This document shows, one piece after another, positions 1 to 21,579 of a stretch of DNA of 64,000 nt (positions are counted from its first letter, which is position 1; every line of letters starts with the position of its first letter). Position numbers and translations under genes: made by a program. Under the pieces are notes generated by a model. That model searched no databases. It was not told where the DNA came from and worked only from the letters and a program-made list of their open reading frames with translations. This DNA comes from the human T2T-CHM13v2.0 reference genome, Homo sapiens: the NCBI RefSeq assembly GCF_009914755.1, contig NC_060939.1. One strand, given 5' to 3'.

Positions 1-298
1 ACTTTCATTAACATCTGGGTATAACAAGGGCCCCTACCCCATAGCATCAGTGAAGACCATGTGGTTATCTGGAACTCCAACCCTCATGTCAATGTAGAGC
101 AAGTGAGGGATCTGGACTTCTCCCTCTACATGGCAGTAATGAGATTGTATCCTCCCCTTCCCTGGCTGGAATAGTGTCAGAGAAAGTCAACTAAAATAGA
201 TTTAGGATGGGCACGGTGGCTTACGCCTGTAATCCCAGCACTTTGGGAGGCCGACGCAGGCGGATTAAGAGGTCAGGAGTTCAAGACCAGCCTGGTCA

Positions 299-502
<204 letters not shown>

Positions 503-529
503 TTAAATAAGACTAGAGTCTTATTTTAA

Positions 530-1902
<1,373 letters not shown>

Positions 1903-1904
1903 TT

Positions 1905-1923
1905 TGGTGCCGAAGACCCGGGA
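1905..1923 (+). other. Primer-binding site, tRNA-Phe-like
   Basis: TGGTGCCGAAGACCCGGGA directly after the LTR equals the tRNA-Phe complement TGGTGCCGAAACCCGGGA with one extra G. It differs from the His PBS TGGTGCCGTGACTCGGAT. Confidence 0.85.
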
Positions 1924-2323
1924 CAGGGGGAGTCCTTCAGGAGACTGGTCCCCTGTCCTCGCCCTCACTCCATGAGGAGCTCCACCTATGATCTCGGGTC
2001 CTCAGACCAACCAGCCCAAGGAACATTTAACATCTCACCAATTTCAAATCAGGTAAGCAGTCTTTTCGGTCTCTTCTCCAACCTCTCTCACTATCCCTTC
2101 ACCCTTCAATCTCTCCCTTCCTTAATTTCGGTTCCTTTCCCTTTCTGGTAGAGACAGAAGAGACGCATTTTATCCATGAACTCAAAACTCTGGTGCCAGT
2201 TACAGACTCAGGAAGATAGTCTTCCCTTGGTATTTAATCACTGCAGGGACGCCTGCCTGATTATTAACCTACATTTCAGAAGTTTCTGATCACCACAGGA
2301 CACCTGCCTTGATCCTTCACCTT

Positions 2324-2410
2324 GGTGGCAAGCCCCACCTCCCCTGGGTGGCAAGCCCCACCTCCCCTGGGTGGCAAGCCCCACCTCCCCTGGGTGGCAA
2401 GTACCACCCC
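2324..2410 (+). repeat. 23-bp tandem repeat (GGTGGCAAGCCCCACCTCCCCTG x3 plus a partial copy) in the HERV-H leader
   Basis: Three identical units read directly from the sequence. Confidence 0.9.
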
Positions 2411-2461
2411 CTGCCCCTGGTGTCCCTACCCTCTCTTTCCTCTGGGCTTGCCTCCTTCACT

Positions 2462-4075
2462 ATGGGCAACCTTCCACCCTCCATTCCTCCTTCTTCTCCT
2501 TTAGCCTGTGTTCTCAAGAACTTAAAGCCTCTTCAACTCTCGCCTGACCTAAAACCTAAGCATCTTATTTTCTTCTGCAACACCACTTGGCCCCAGTACA
2601 AACTTGATAACAGCTCTAAATGGCCAGAAAATGGCACTTTCAATTTCTCCATCCTACAAGACCTAGATAATTTTTGTCGAAAAGTGGGCAAATGATCTGA
2701 GGTGCCTTACATCCAGGCATTTTTCACATTTCGTTCCCTCCCTAGTCTCTGTTCCCAATGAGACTCGTCCCAAATCCTCCTTCTTTCCCTCCCGCCTGTC
2801 CCTTCAGTCCCAACCCCAAGCGTCTCTGAGTCTTTTGAATCTTCCTTTTCAACTGATCCATCTGACCTCTCCCCTCCTCCCCAGACTACTCCTCCTCAGG
2901 TCGCTCCCCACCAGGCTGAATCAGGCTCCAACTCATCTTCAGCCTCCACTCCCCAACCCTATAACCCTCCTGTTACCTCCCCTCCTCACACCCGGTCTGG
3001 CTTACAGTTTTGTTCCACAACTAGCTCTCCCCCACTTGCCCAACAATTTCCTCTAAGAGAGGTGGCTGGAGCTGAAGGCATAGTCAGGGTACATGTGCCT
3101 TTTTCTCTATTAGACCTTTCCCAAATCAGCCAGAGTTTAGGCTCTTTCTCGTCAGACCCCACTGAATATATACAGGAGTTCCAATATCTAACTCTGTCCT
3201 ACAATTTAACCTGGAGAGACTTAAATGTCATCCTAACTTCTACCCTCTCCCCAGATGAACGGGAAAGAGTTTTTTCTCTAGCCCAATCTCATGTGGACAA
3301 CTACCGGCTTCATGAGCCAGGCCTCCAGGAAGGCATTAGAGCAGTTCCCTGAGAGGATCCCCAGTGGAACTATCAGGCAGATTCCCCAGGTATAGCTCAG
3401 TGAGATTACACGATTTCTTGCCTAGTTGAAGGCAAGATTTAAAAGGCAGCATAGAAATCTGTTAATTATGACGAACCTGAAGAAACCACCCAAGGAAAGG
3501 TTGAAAACGCAGCCAGTTCATGGCTCACTTAGCAGCAATCCTGAGACGCTTTACAGCCTTGGACCCAGAGGGGCCAGAAGGCCGTCTTGTTCTCAATATG
3601 CGTTTTATCACTCAGTCCACCCATTTGAAAGAAACTCCAAAAGCTAGACTCCGGCCCTCAAACCCCACAACAAGACTTAATTAACTTTGCCTTCAAGGTG
3701 TACGATAATAGAGAAGAGGCAGCCAAGCGGCAACGTATTTCTGAGTTGCGATTAGTTGCCTCCACTGTGAGAGAAACCCCAGCCACATCTCCAGCACACA
3801 AGAACTTCAAAACGCCTAAACTGCAGCAGCCAGGCATTCCTCCAGGGCCTCCTCCCCCAGGATCTTGTTTCAAGTGCCAGAAATCTGGCCAATGGGCCAA
3901 GGAATGCCCACAGCCCGGGATTCCTCCTAAGCTGTGTCCCATCTGTGCAGGACCCCACTGGAAATTGGACTGTCCAACTTGCCTGGCAGCCACTCCCAGA
4001 GCCCCCAGAGCACTGGCCCAAGGCTCTCTGACTGACTCCTTCCTAGATCTGCTCGGCTTAGCGGCTGAAGACTGA
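2462..4075 (+). pseudogene. HERV-H gag (disrupted)
   Basis: Starts MGNLPPSIPPSSPL; WPQY and WPENGTFN matrix motifs; capsid VRVHVPFSL; two zinc knuckles (CFKCQKSGQWAKEC, CPICAGPHWKLDC). Several stops and frameshifts. Confidence 0.93.
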
Positions 4076-6738
<2,663 letters not shown>

Positions 6739-7360
6739 TTTCCCTTTACATTTCCAGTTTTGCCTTAAAAAGGTCTCTTCTTCCCCTGTGGCTCCTCCAC
6801 CTACCTGTGTTTACCTGCTAGCTGGACAGGCACATGCACACTAGTTTTCCTTCCTCCCAAAATTCCATTTGCAAATAGGACCGAACAGCTTCCTCTTCCC
6901 CTCATGACACCAACACTTCACCACTGTTTTGTTTTATTTTTCTTATTCACAAAAAAACACAGGAATAGGCCTTGACTTACTGACTGCTGAAAAAGGAGGA
7001 CTCTGTATATTTTTAAATGAGGAGTGTTGTTTTACCTAAATCAATCTGGCCTGGTATATGACAACATAAAAAAAAAAAAAAAAAAAAAAAACTCAAGGAT
7101 AGAGCCCAAAAACTTGCCAACCAAACAAGTAATTACACTGAATCCCCTTGGGCACTCTCTAATTGAATGTCTTGGGTCCTCCCAATTCTTAGCCCTTTAA
7201 TACCTGTTTTTCTCCTCTCTTATTTGGACCTTGTGTCTTCCACTTAGTTTCTCAATTCATACAAAACCGCATCCAGGCCATCATCAATCATTCTATACGA
7301 CAAATGCTCCTTCTAACAACCCCACAATATCACTCCCTACCCCAAAAGCTTTCCTCAGTT
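6739..7360 (+). pseudogene. HERV-H env remnant (SU C-terminus and TM)
   Basis: PCGSSTYLCLPASWTGTCTLVFL, then the immunosuppressive domain GLDLLTAEKGGLCIFLNEECC. Deletions and an A24 run break the frame. Confidence 0.88.
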
Positions 7361-7524
7361 TAATCTCTCCCACTCTAGGTTCCCACGCCACCCCTAATAT
7401 CACTCGAAGCAGCCCTGAGAAACATCGCCCATTATCTCTCCATATCACCCCCAAAAATTTTCACCACCCCAACACTTCACCACTATTTTATTTTATTTTT
7501 CTTATTAATATAAGAAGACAGGAA

Positions 7525-7712
7525 TGTCAGGCCTCTGAGCCCAAGCTAAGCCATCATATCCCCTGTGACCTGCACGTATACATCCAGATGGCCCGAAGCA
7601 ACAGAAGATCCACAAAAGAAGTGAAAATAGCCAGTTCCTGCCTTAACTGATGACATTCCACCATTGTGATCTGTTCCTGCCCCACCCTAACTGATCAATT
7701 GGCTTTGTGACA
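7525..7712 (+). mobile_element. HERV-H 3' LTR, only the first 188 bp of U3
   Basis: Colinear with 1382-1569 (about 10 substitutions by hand count), then joins directly to a minus-strand Alu at 7713. Confidence 0.93.
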
Positions 7713-8401
7713 CTACAGGTGTATGCCACCATGCCCAGGTAATTTTTGTATTTTTAGTAGAGATGGGGTTTGGCCAGGCAGGTCTTGAACTCCTTTCCTC
7801 AGGTGATCTGCCCACCTCGGCCTCCCAAAGTGCTGGGATTACAAGCGTGAGCAAACTCGCCCAGCCTATACCATTTAAATTGTTTAAAAAACACATATAT
7901 AAATCTAGCACATAGGAGTTATTTGCTTAAAACCATAAAATATTGGTGAAGAAAATCAAAGAAGTTCTAAGAGAGAGATATCCCATGATTATGGACTATA
8001 AGATGCAACATAGTATAGCTGTTAATTCTCCCCAAACTGCTACATATATTTAATTTATTTTTTTAATATTTTTATTTTTTGAGACTGTGTATCACTCTGT
8101 TGCCCAGGCTGGAGTGCAGTGGCTCAATCTTAGCTCACTGCAACTTCCGCTTCCTGGTTTCAATTGATTCTTGTGCCTCAGCCTCCTGAGTAGCTAGGAC
8201 TACAGGCGCTTGCCACTACACCTGGCTAGTTTTTGTATTTTTAGTAGAGATGGGGTTTCACCATGTTGGCCAGGCTGGTCTCGAACTCCTGACCTCAGGT
8301 GATCGACCCAACTCGGCCTCCCAAAGTGCTGGGATTACAGGCGTGAGCCACCATGCCTAGTCTATTTTTTATTATTTATTTATTTATTTATTTATTTTTG
8401 A

Positions 8402-8506
<105 letters not shown>

Positions 8507-9263
8507 TGAGTAGCTGGAATTACAGGCATGTGCCACCATGCCTGGCTAATTTTTTTGTAGAGACGGGGTTTCTCCATGTTGGTCAGGCTGATCTTGAACT
8601 CCTGGCCTTAAGTGATCCACCTGCGTGGTCAGAATTTTGAGACCAGGCTGGCCAACATGGTAAAACCCTGTCTCTACTAAAAATATAAAAATTAGCCTGG
8701 GGTGGTGGCATGTACCTGTACTCCCAGCTACTTGAGTCTGAGGCAGGAGAATTGCTTGAACCTGGGAGGTGGAGGTCGGGGTGAGCCGAAGTTGTACCAC
8801 TGCACTCCAGCCTGGGTGACAGGGCAAGACTCTGTCTCAAAAGAAAAATAAAATAAAATTAAATTAAAATTAAAATTAAAAAACCAGCAAGATTTATATG
8901 ATGATACAGGAAAACTTTTTCTAAAAGAAAAGCAAGGCAGGGCACAGTGGCTCATGCCTGTAATCCCAGCACTTTGGGGAGCCAAGGCCAGCAGATCACT
9001 TGCGGTTAGGAATTTGAGACCAGCCTGGCCAACATGGTGAAATCCCATCTCTACTAAAAGTACAAAAATTAGCCGGGCATGGTGGTGGATGCCTGTAGTC
9101 TCAGCTACTCAGGAGGCTGAGGCAGGAGAATATCTTGAACCCAGGAGGCAGAGGTTGAAGTGAGCTGAGATCGTACCACTGCACTCCAGCCTGGGAGACA
9201 AAACAAGACTGTTTCAAAATAAATAAATAAATAAATAAATAAATAAAAGAAAAGCAAAGAAAT

Positions 9264-11157
<1,894 letters not shown>

Positions 11158-11216
11158 GAATGAGAATAGCTGAAACAATTTTGAAGATGCAGTATAAAGG
11201 GAGAAGAATCAGTCTA

Positions 11217-12900
<1,684 letters not shown>

Positions 12901-13164
12901 TATACCTATGCAAATATCCTGACTCTTAATCAGTTTTATTGACATTTAATTCACATAACAAAATCACCTTTTAGTGGTTTTTAGTAGATTCACAATTTTA
13001 GAACATTTCATCACTCCAAAAAGACCACCCATAAAACAAGAGCAAAATTCCATCTCAAAAAAAAAAAAAAAAAAGAAAGAAACATCTAGGCCAGGCATAG
13101 TGGCTCACACCTGTATTCCTAGCACATTGGGAGGCTAAGGTGGGCAGATCACCTGAGGTCAGGA

Positions 13165-13837
13165 TGTTACCAGTAGAAGGTGTCCAGGTTCTTGGCATCT
13201 CAAACAAAGAATTGGACAAAACGCACAAACAAAGCAAGGAAAGAATGAAGGGATTTATTGAAAATGAAAGTAGCTAGGCAAGGTGACTTGAGCCTGTAAT
13301 CCCAACACTTTAGGAGGCCAAGGCCGGGGAACACTTGAGGCCAGGAGTTCAAGACCAGTCTGGCCAACAGGCTGAAACCCTATCTCTGCTAAAAGTACAA
13401 AAATTAGCCAGACGTGGTGGGCGTGCCTGAATCCCAGCTACTCGGGAGGCTGATGCAGGAGAATGGCTTGAACCCAGGAGGTGGAGGTTGCAGTCAGTCG
13501 AGATCATGTCACTGCACTCCAGCCTGGATGACAAAGGAAGACTCTTTCTCAAAAAAAAAAAAAAAAAAAAAAAAGGAAAATGAAAATGCAATCTACAGTA
13601 TGGGAGGGGGCCTGAGCATAGGGGTTCAAAGGCTCTGCTACAGAATTTTTGGGAGTTTAAATACCCCCTAGAGGATTCCATTGGTTACTTCGGGTACACC
13701 CTGTGTAAATGGAGAGGATGAAGTAAAGTTACAAAGTCATGTACAGCATAGGCCCTATGGAGAGGATATTTCCTGTTGTAGCTGAAGTGTGAATCGGCCT
13801 TATGTTCTCTGCCTCCAGACCCTATTTTCCTGCCTCA
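13165..13837 (-). mobile_element. MER51A-like 3' LTR (Alu inside; itself inserted into an Alu left arm)
   Basis: TGTTACCAGTAGAAGGTGTCCAGGTTCTTGGC...CCAGACCCTATTTTCCTGCCTCA, followed by internal ERV sequence. Confidence 0.8.
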
Positions 13838-13930
13838 TCTCCCCGCTGAGAGATGTGATCCCCATAAATCTTTATGGGAGGCAGAGGGATTAATGGTTTT
13901 TTGTTTGTTTGTTTCTTTGTTTTCCTCTAA

Positions 13931-14245
<315 letters not shown>

Positions 14246-14248
14246 TGA

Positions 14249-14401
<153 letters not shown>

Positions 14402-14546
14402 TAGGCAAGAGGAAATGAATTTGATTAAAAGATTTAATGGAAACTTCAAGGAGTGGATATCTATGCTGTCAGAAATGTTTGTTATAGAGATTTGCAGTAA
14501 AAAAAAAAAAAAAAAAAAAAAACACCTGGGCCAGTGCGGTGGCTCA

Positions 14547-14901
<355 letters not shown>

Positions 14902-15296
14902 TTAGTTTGGTTTGGTCTCTTGGTGCCTAGTGCATGCACTCAGTCCATAACAATGACCTGCCAGAATTTTGTTTACTATTAGGAGGGTAGTACCAAGAGT
15001 TCAGAGTATGATCCTTATCCAAGGTCCCCATAAACCAAACCTTCTAAAATCAAATAGATAAAAGAATGAACTAGATAAAGAGTTTACTCACTTGACTAGG
15101 CAATTTCTTCATCAGTCCCCTACCACTGAATCTCTATAATCTTCATTTGATGTATTTCTCCACAGGCCACAAGTGCCAGCAGCTGCACAGATACTTCTCT
15201 GTTTAGCCAATTATATCATAACTTTTATAAGAGAATTTAGTGTCTGTTGTGTAACTGTGGCCTTTACAGTAGAATTTGCTATAGAACTTAACATGA

Positions 15297-15542
<246 letters not shown>

Positions 15543-15959
15543 TGATCTGCCCACCTCAGCCTCCCAAAATGCTGGGATTACAGGCGTGAGCCACTGTGCC
15601 CAGCCAAGGGATCCATTTCTAATCATTGCTTCTTTTACATTAAACCATGGAAAAAGGACCTAACAAATGATGCCCTTTCTTTTAGAAGAGTGAAGGACTC
15701 CTGGCAATGTTCTCTTTAACCCATGATGTGGGTTAAGAGGAGTGAACGAGGGCTGGGTGCGGTGGCTCATACCTGTAATACCAGCACTTTGGGAGGCCAA
15801 TGAGAGCAGATCACCTGAGGTCAGGAGTTTATGAGACCAGCCTGACCAACATGGAGAAACCCTGTCTCTACTAAAAATTAAAAACTAGCCAGGCTCGGCC
15901 AGGCATGGTGGCTCACGACTGTCATCCCAGCACTTTGGGAGGCCGAGGCAGGCGGATCA

Positions 15960-16464
<505 letters not shown>

Positions 16465-16811
16465 TCAGGAGTTCGAGACCAGCCTGACCAACATGGAGAA
16501 ACCCCCCTCTCTACTAAAAATACAAAACAATTTAGCAGGGTGTGGTGGCGCATCCCTGTAACCCCAGCTACTCAGAAACTGAGTCAGGAGAGTCGCTTGA
16601 ACTCTGGAGGCAGAGGTTGCAATGAGCCGAGATGGTGCCGTTGCACTTCAGCCTGGGCTATAAGAGCAAAACTCTGTCTCAAAAAAAAAAAGAGGAGTGA
16701 ACCAATGTTTTGTTTTTGACTTATTATGAGGCAACGTATGAACGTATGTACCATTAAAGTTTCTTATCCACATTGGGCCTTCTTTTTTTTTTTTTTTTTT
16801 TTTTTTTTTGA

Positions 16812-16919
<108 letters not shown>

Positions 16920-17784
16920 TAGCTGGGATTACAGGCGTGGGCCACCATGCCTGGCTAATTTTTGTATTTTTAGTAGAGACGGGGTTTCTCCATGTTGGTC
17001 AGGCTGGTCTCGAACTCCTGACCTCATGATCCGCCCACCTCGGCCTCCCAAGGGCCTTCATTTTTTAATCTATTAATGTATAAGGTTATCCACGTATAAG
17101 GCTGGCTGCAAACTCCTTTACAAATAAAAGTATACCCCATTAGTGCCCATAACAGACCCCTTTTTCACTTCTATTGTTTATAGAGGCATAAGCAAGAAAA
17201 AAAATATTCAAAGATAAAACGTCATGATAGTAGAAGTCTTCACCTGTGAACTTGGGAAAAGCTGTTCACATCAAGGATGACATCCTCTTCTTGGGAGAAT
17301 TTTCCCTGGTTAGTTTTACCTTAAGGGATCCAGTGGGTGCACAGCTCTAAGAGCACGGAGGACCCTTCTCAGCTGTGAGATTATGAACCCATTCAAGGTC
17401 CCGAAGTTTTCTTGTAGTGTGGAAAGGACAGTTATTCTCTGATGTTTCCAGAAGATTCAAACTATAAAAAACTTTCTTTACCTGGTGAAAATACACTGTA
17501 CCGTAATAATCTACTGTTATAACATCAGCCCTCTTGCATGAGAAAGCTTTCATACAAGAAGAAAACATACATTGAAAATAAAAATCAGCTGGGCGCGAAG
17601 GCTCACCCCTTTAATCCTAACAGTTTGGGAGGCCGAGGCGGGTGGATCACTTGAGGTCAGGAGTTCGGGCCCAGCCTGGCCAACATGGTGAAACCCTGTC
17701 TCTACTAAATATACAAAAATTAGCCAGGCATTGTGGTGGGTGCCTGTAATCCCAGCTATTCCAGAGGCTGAGGCAGAAGAATCA

Positions 17785-17916
<132 letters not shown>

Positions 17917-18777
17917 TCAGTGTTAGCTGAACATGAAAGTATTTTCTTGATATTTAATTTTTTGTTGTTGTTGTTCTACTTGGGTTAGTAGCTTCATACA
18001 AGGAAATTTGGTTATTTCTGTAGTTTACAATAACTTAACATAATAACTATAATTGTGATTGGTACCATATACTTAGACATTAGAATTTTAGAAATCCCAT
18101 AAAATTTTGGGATATATATTAGTATTATTCACACAAATACAACCTAAAGAAGATTGAACATCATTTTGGCAATTCCATGTACCTAAACAGGTCAAATAAT
18201 CCTGTTTACCTCTTTTCTGGATGTTTTCAGGGGCCCTCTGATCCATCCAGAAAGCCAAGCATTAGGAAAGATAATTTTGAAACGGAAGTTTGATTTTGGA
18301 ATTCCAGATTACCATAAATTATTTATTTTGCCAAAGTGATGACTCAGAAATTTTAAAGAAGCAAAAGCCTTTTATAACCTTTAACAACAAAACAAAATAC
18401 ATTGTATTCTATTGTTTTTACACACCTTGCATGAACAACCATTTCTAGTAGTCTTTTTTTCTTTTTTTTTGAGACAGAGTCTTGCTCTGTTGCCCAGACT
18501 GGAGTGCAGTGGTACCACCTGGGCTCACTGCAACCTCCGCCTCCCAGGTTCAAGTGATTCTCCCTCCTCAGCCTCCTGAGTAGCTGGGACTACACGTGCA
18601 CACTACTGTGCCCAACCAATTTTTGTATTTTCAGTACAGATAGGTTTTCACCATGTTGGCCAGGCTGGTATCGAACTCCTGACCTCAGGTAATCCACTCA
18701 CCTTAGCCTCCTAAAGTGATGGGATTTCAGGCATAAGCCACCACTCCTGGAGTCTAGTTGTATTTGTTTGTTTTTGA

Positions 18778-18882
<105 letters not shown>

Positions 18883-21579
18883 TGAGTGGCTAGGATTACA
18901 GGCATGCACCACCATGCCTGGCTATTTTTTGTATTTTTAGTAGAGATGGGGTTTCACCATGTTGACCAGTCTGGTTTCAAACTCCTGACCTCAGGTGATC
19001 TGCCCGCCTTGGCCTCCTAAAGTGCTGGGATTATAGGCACGAGCCACCGCGCCGGCCTCTAGTAGTCTTTTTTTTTTTTTTTTTTTTTTTTTTGAGACAG
19101 TTTCACTCTTGTTGCCCAGGCTAGACTGCAATGGCATGATCTCGGCGCACCACTCACCACCACCTCCGCCTCCCAGGTTCAAGTGATTCTCTTGCCTCAG
19201 CCTCTGGAATAGCTGGGATTACAGGCATGCGCCACCACGCCTGGCTAATTTTGTATTTTTAATAAAATGGGGTTTCTCCATGTTGGCCAGGCTGGTCTCT
19301 CAAACTCCTGACCTCAGGTGATCTGCCCTCCTTGGCCTCCCAAAGTGCTGGGATTACAGGCATGAGCCACCAAGCCTGGCCGCCTCTAGTAGTCTTAATT
19401 GCATATTATAATGGTGAATTTTAATGTAAAACCTAATAAGTTATTTTCTGATAAGGTTTGACTATTTCCAGCACAGCTAGGGGCGTGGCCAACTCCACAT
19501 GTCCTCAGGCCTTACCTAGCTGGAAAGCAGGCAAGTTAAACAGTTTTCAAAAGCCAAAGAAGCAGTCTGTGACCTTAAAGCATTTAGCAAACCTAATATT
19601 TGAACATAATTTAGACCACGTTTACATTTAGAAGACAATTGTATTTGACCAATAATCTTTAAAACTGTCTTTATTTCCCGAAGATTGCTAAAGTCACATG
19701 AACTAAAGGGCATTACACGTTCTACTTTTCTGGCAAAATGTTTGATTTAAGCTCTTATTATTATTAAACCAATTAATTTAAAACTTTACAGAGGAGATTA
19801 ATCACTTTGCACAGACAGAAAGAAGTCAGAGACTGAGTGGTACGAAATTATTACCCTTTTGCCGACATGCCAGCTTTCTGGGTTCTCTCTCCCTGAGCGG
19901 CCCTGGCGACCCATGCTTGACTGTATGCAGACAAACATATTGCCATGAATTAAGAATATTCACAAATTGTTTACAAATTTTGGAGAATCTAGGCAGAGAG
20001 AGAAATATGACTCAAATTCTATTTGTGAGAGTATACTCAATATGCTTAAAGTATCAGGAAGCCCAAAATCCAAAAAGTTATTTTAAGGATAAAAAGTTGG
20101 CATGCTCCATTAATTCCTGCAGGCCTGACAAAGGTAGCTCAGGAATTCCAGATATATGGAATGTATGATGACTTGCTAGAAATGCATAGAAACACAGAAC
20201 TAAATAAAAGCCTTCCACTAGGAACTAAAAAAAAACCATGGTTTTATATATATGCATACACAAGTAAAGCCAGAGGAGAATAAACAGCAAACAAATGAAA
20301 ACCAGAAGCAAAAACAAACAGGAAACCAACCATAAATTTTCCTGCTCAATTTACTCTGGAGGCCACAGTGTTACCCAGGGCCCCAAAAAACCCATATAAT
20401 GAATATTTTATTCCTGATACACAATTCAATATCCTTAAGTTCACCAATATCATTATACATTCTGTGCAATCAAGAAATCCACTTTAGGCACACAACCAAT
20501 AAGTAATCTAGCACTATCCAGGCAAAACAGTAAACATAGTGTGAAGCAATGCAGGCAACTTTACGCTAAATCCAGGTTCATGCTTGTGAAAGTGCCTTTG
20601 CAGAATTATGACCGAGACAGTGAAAGAGATCTAACTTAACTGGCTCCATCTTGCTTCTAACCCCCAAGCTGTCCTAGTTCATTCCTGGGCGTAGACTGAA
20701 CTAACTTTGGAAGAAACTTAGTTTGTCGTTTATAGTTTAAACAAAGATGGTAAAGGCCCTTTCTTAAAGCAGTCCTCCTTCTTGCCTGGGGACTAGACTG
20801 CCTTAGTAGGACTAATTTAGCCACAAGATTAGAAATTATGGTTTAGGAGTCCTGCAGCTGGAGGCTACAAGATTCTGACCCTGCCTAAACTGCTCCTTAG
20901 ATCAGTGCTTTAGACATTTTGCAGATCCTGCACTTGCTGGATCAGCTGGCACCACCCAGATCAATACACTGGCTCATCTGATCTTGTGGCCTCCATCCAG
21001 GAACTGACTCAGAACAGAAGAAGAAGACAGCTCAGACGCTCTATGATTTTATCTCTGACCAATCAGCACTCCTGGCTCACTGACTTCCCTCCACCCACCA
21101 AGTTATCCTTAGAAACTCTGCTCCCCAAATGCTTGGAAAGAGTAATTTAAGTAATAATACAACTCGGGTGGGATGCCGTGGCTCACGCCTTGTAATCCCA
21201 GCACTTTGGGAGGCCAAGGCGGGTGGATCACGAGGTCAGGAGTTTAAGACCAGCCTAGCCAACATGGTGAAACCCCGTCTCTACTAAAAATACAAAAATT
21301 AACCAGGTGTGGTGGTGTGCGCCTGTAGTCCCAGCGGCTTGTGAGGCTGAGGCAGGAGAATCGCTTGAACCTGGAGGCAGAGGTTGCAGTGAGCAGAGAT
21401 CGCTCCACTGCACTCCAGCCTGGGTGACAGAGCAAGACTCCTTCTCAAAAAAAAAGAAACAAAAAAACTCTGGTCTTCCACACAGCGAGCTCTGCGTGAT
21501 TACTGTTTCTCTATTGCAATTCCCGTCTTGATGAATCGGGTCTTTCTAGGCATTGGGCAAGGTGAATCCCTTGAGCCAT

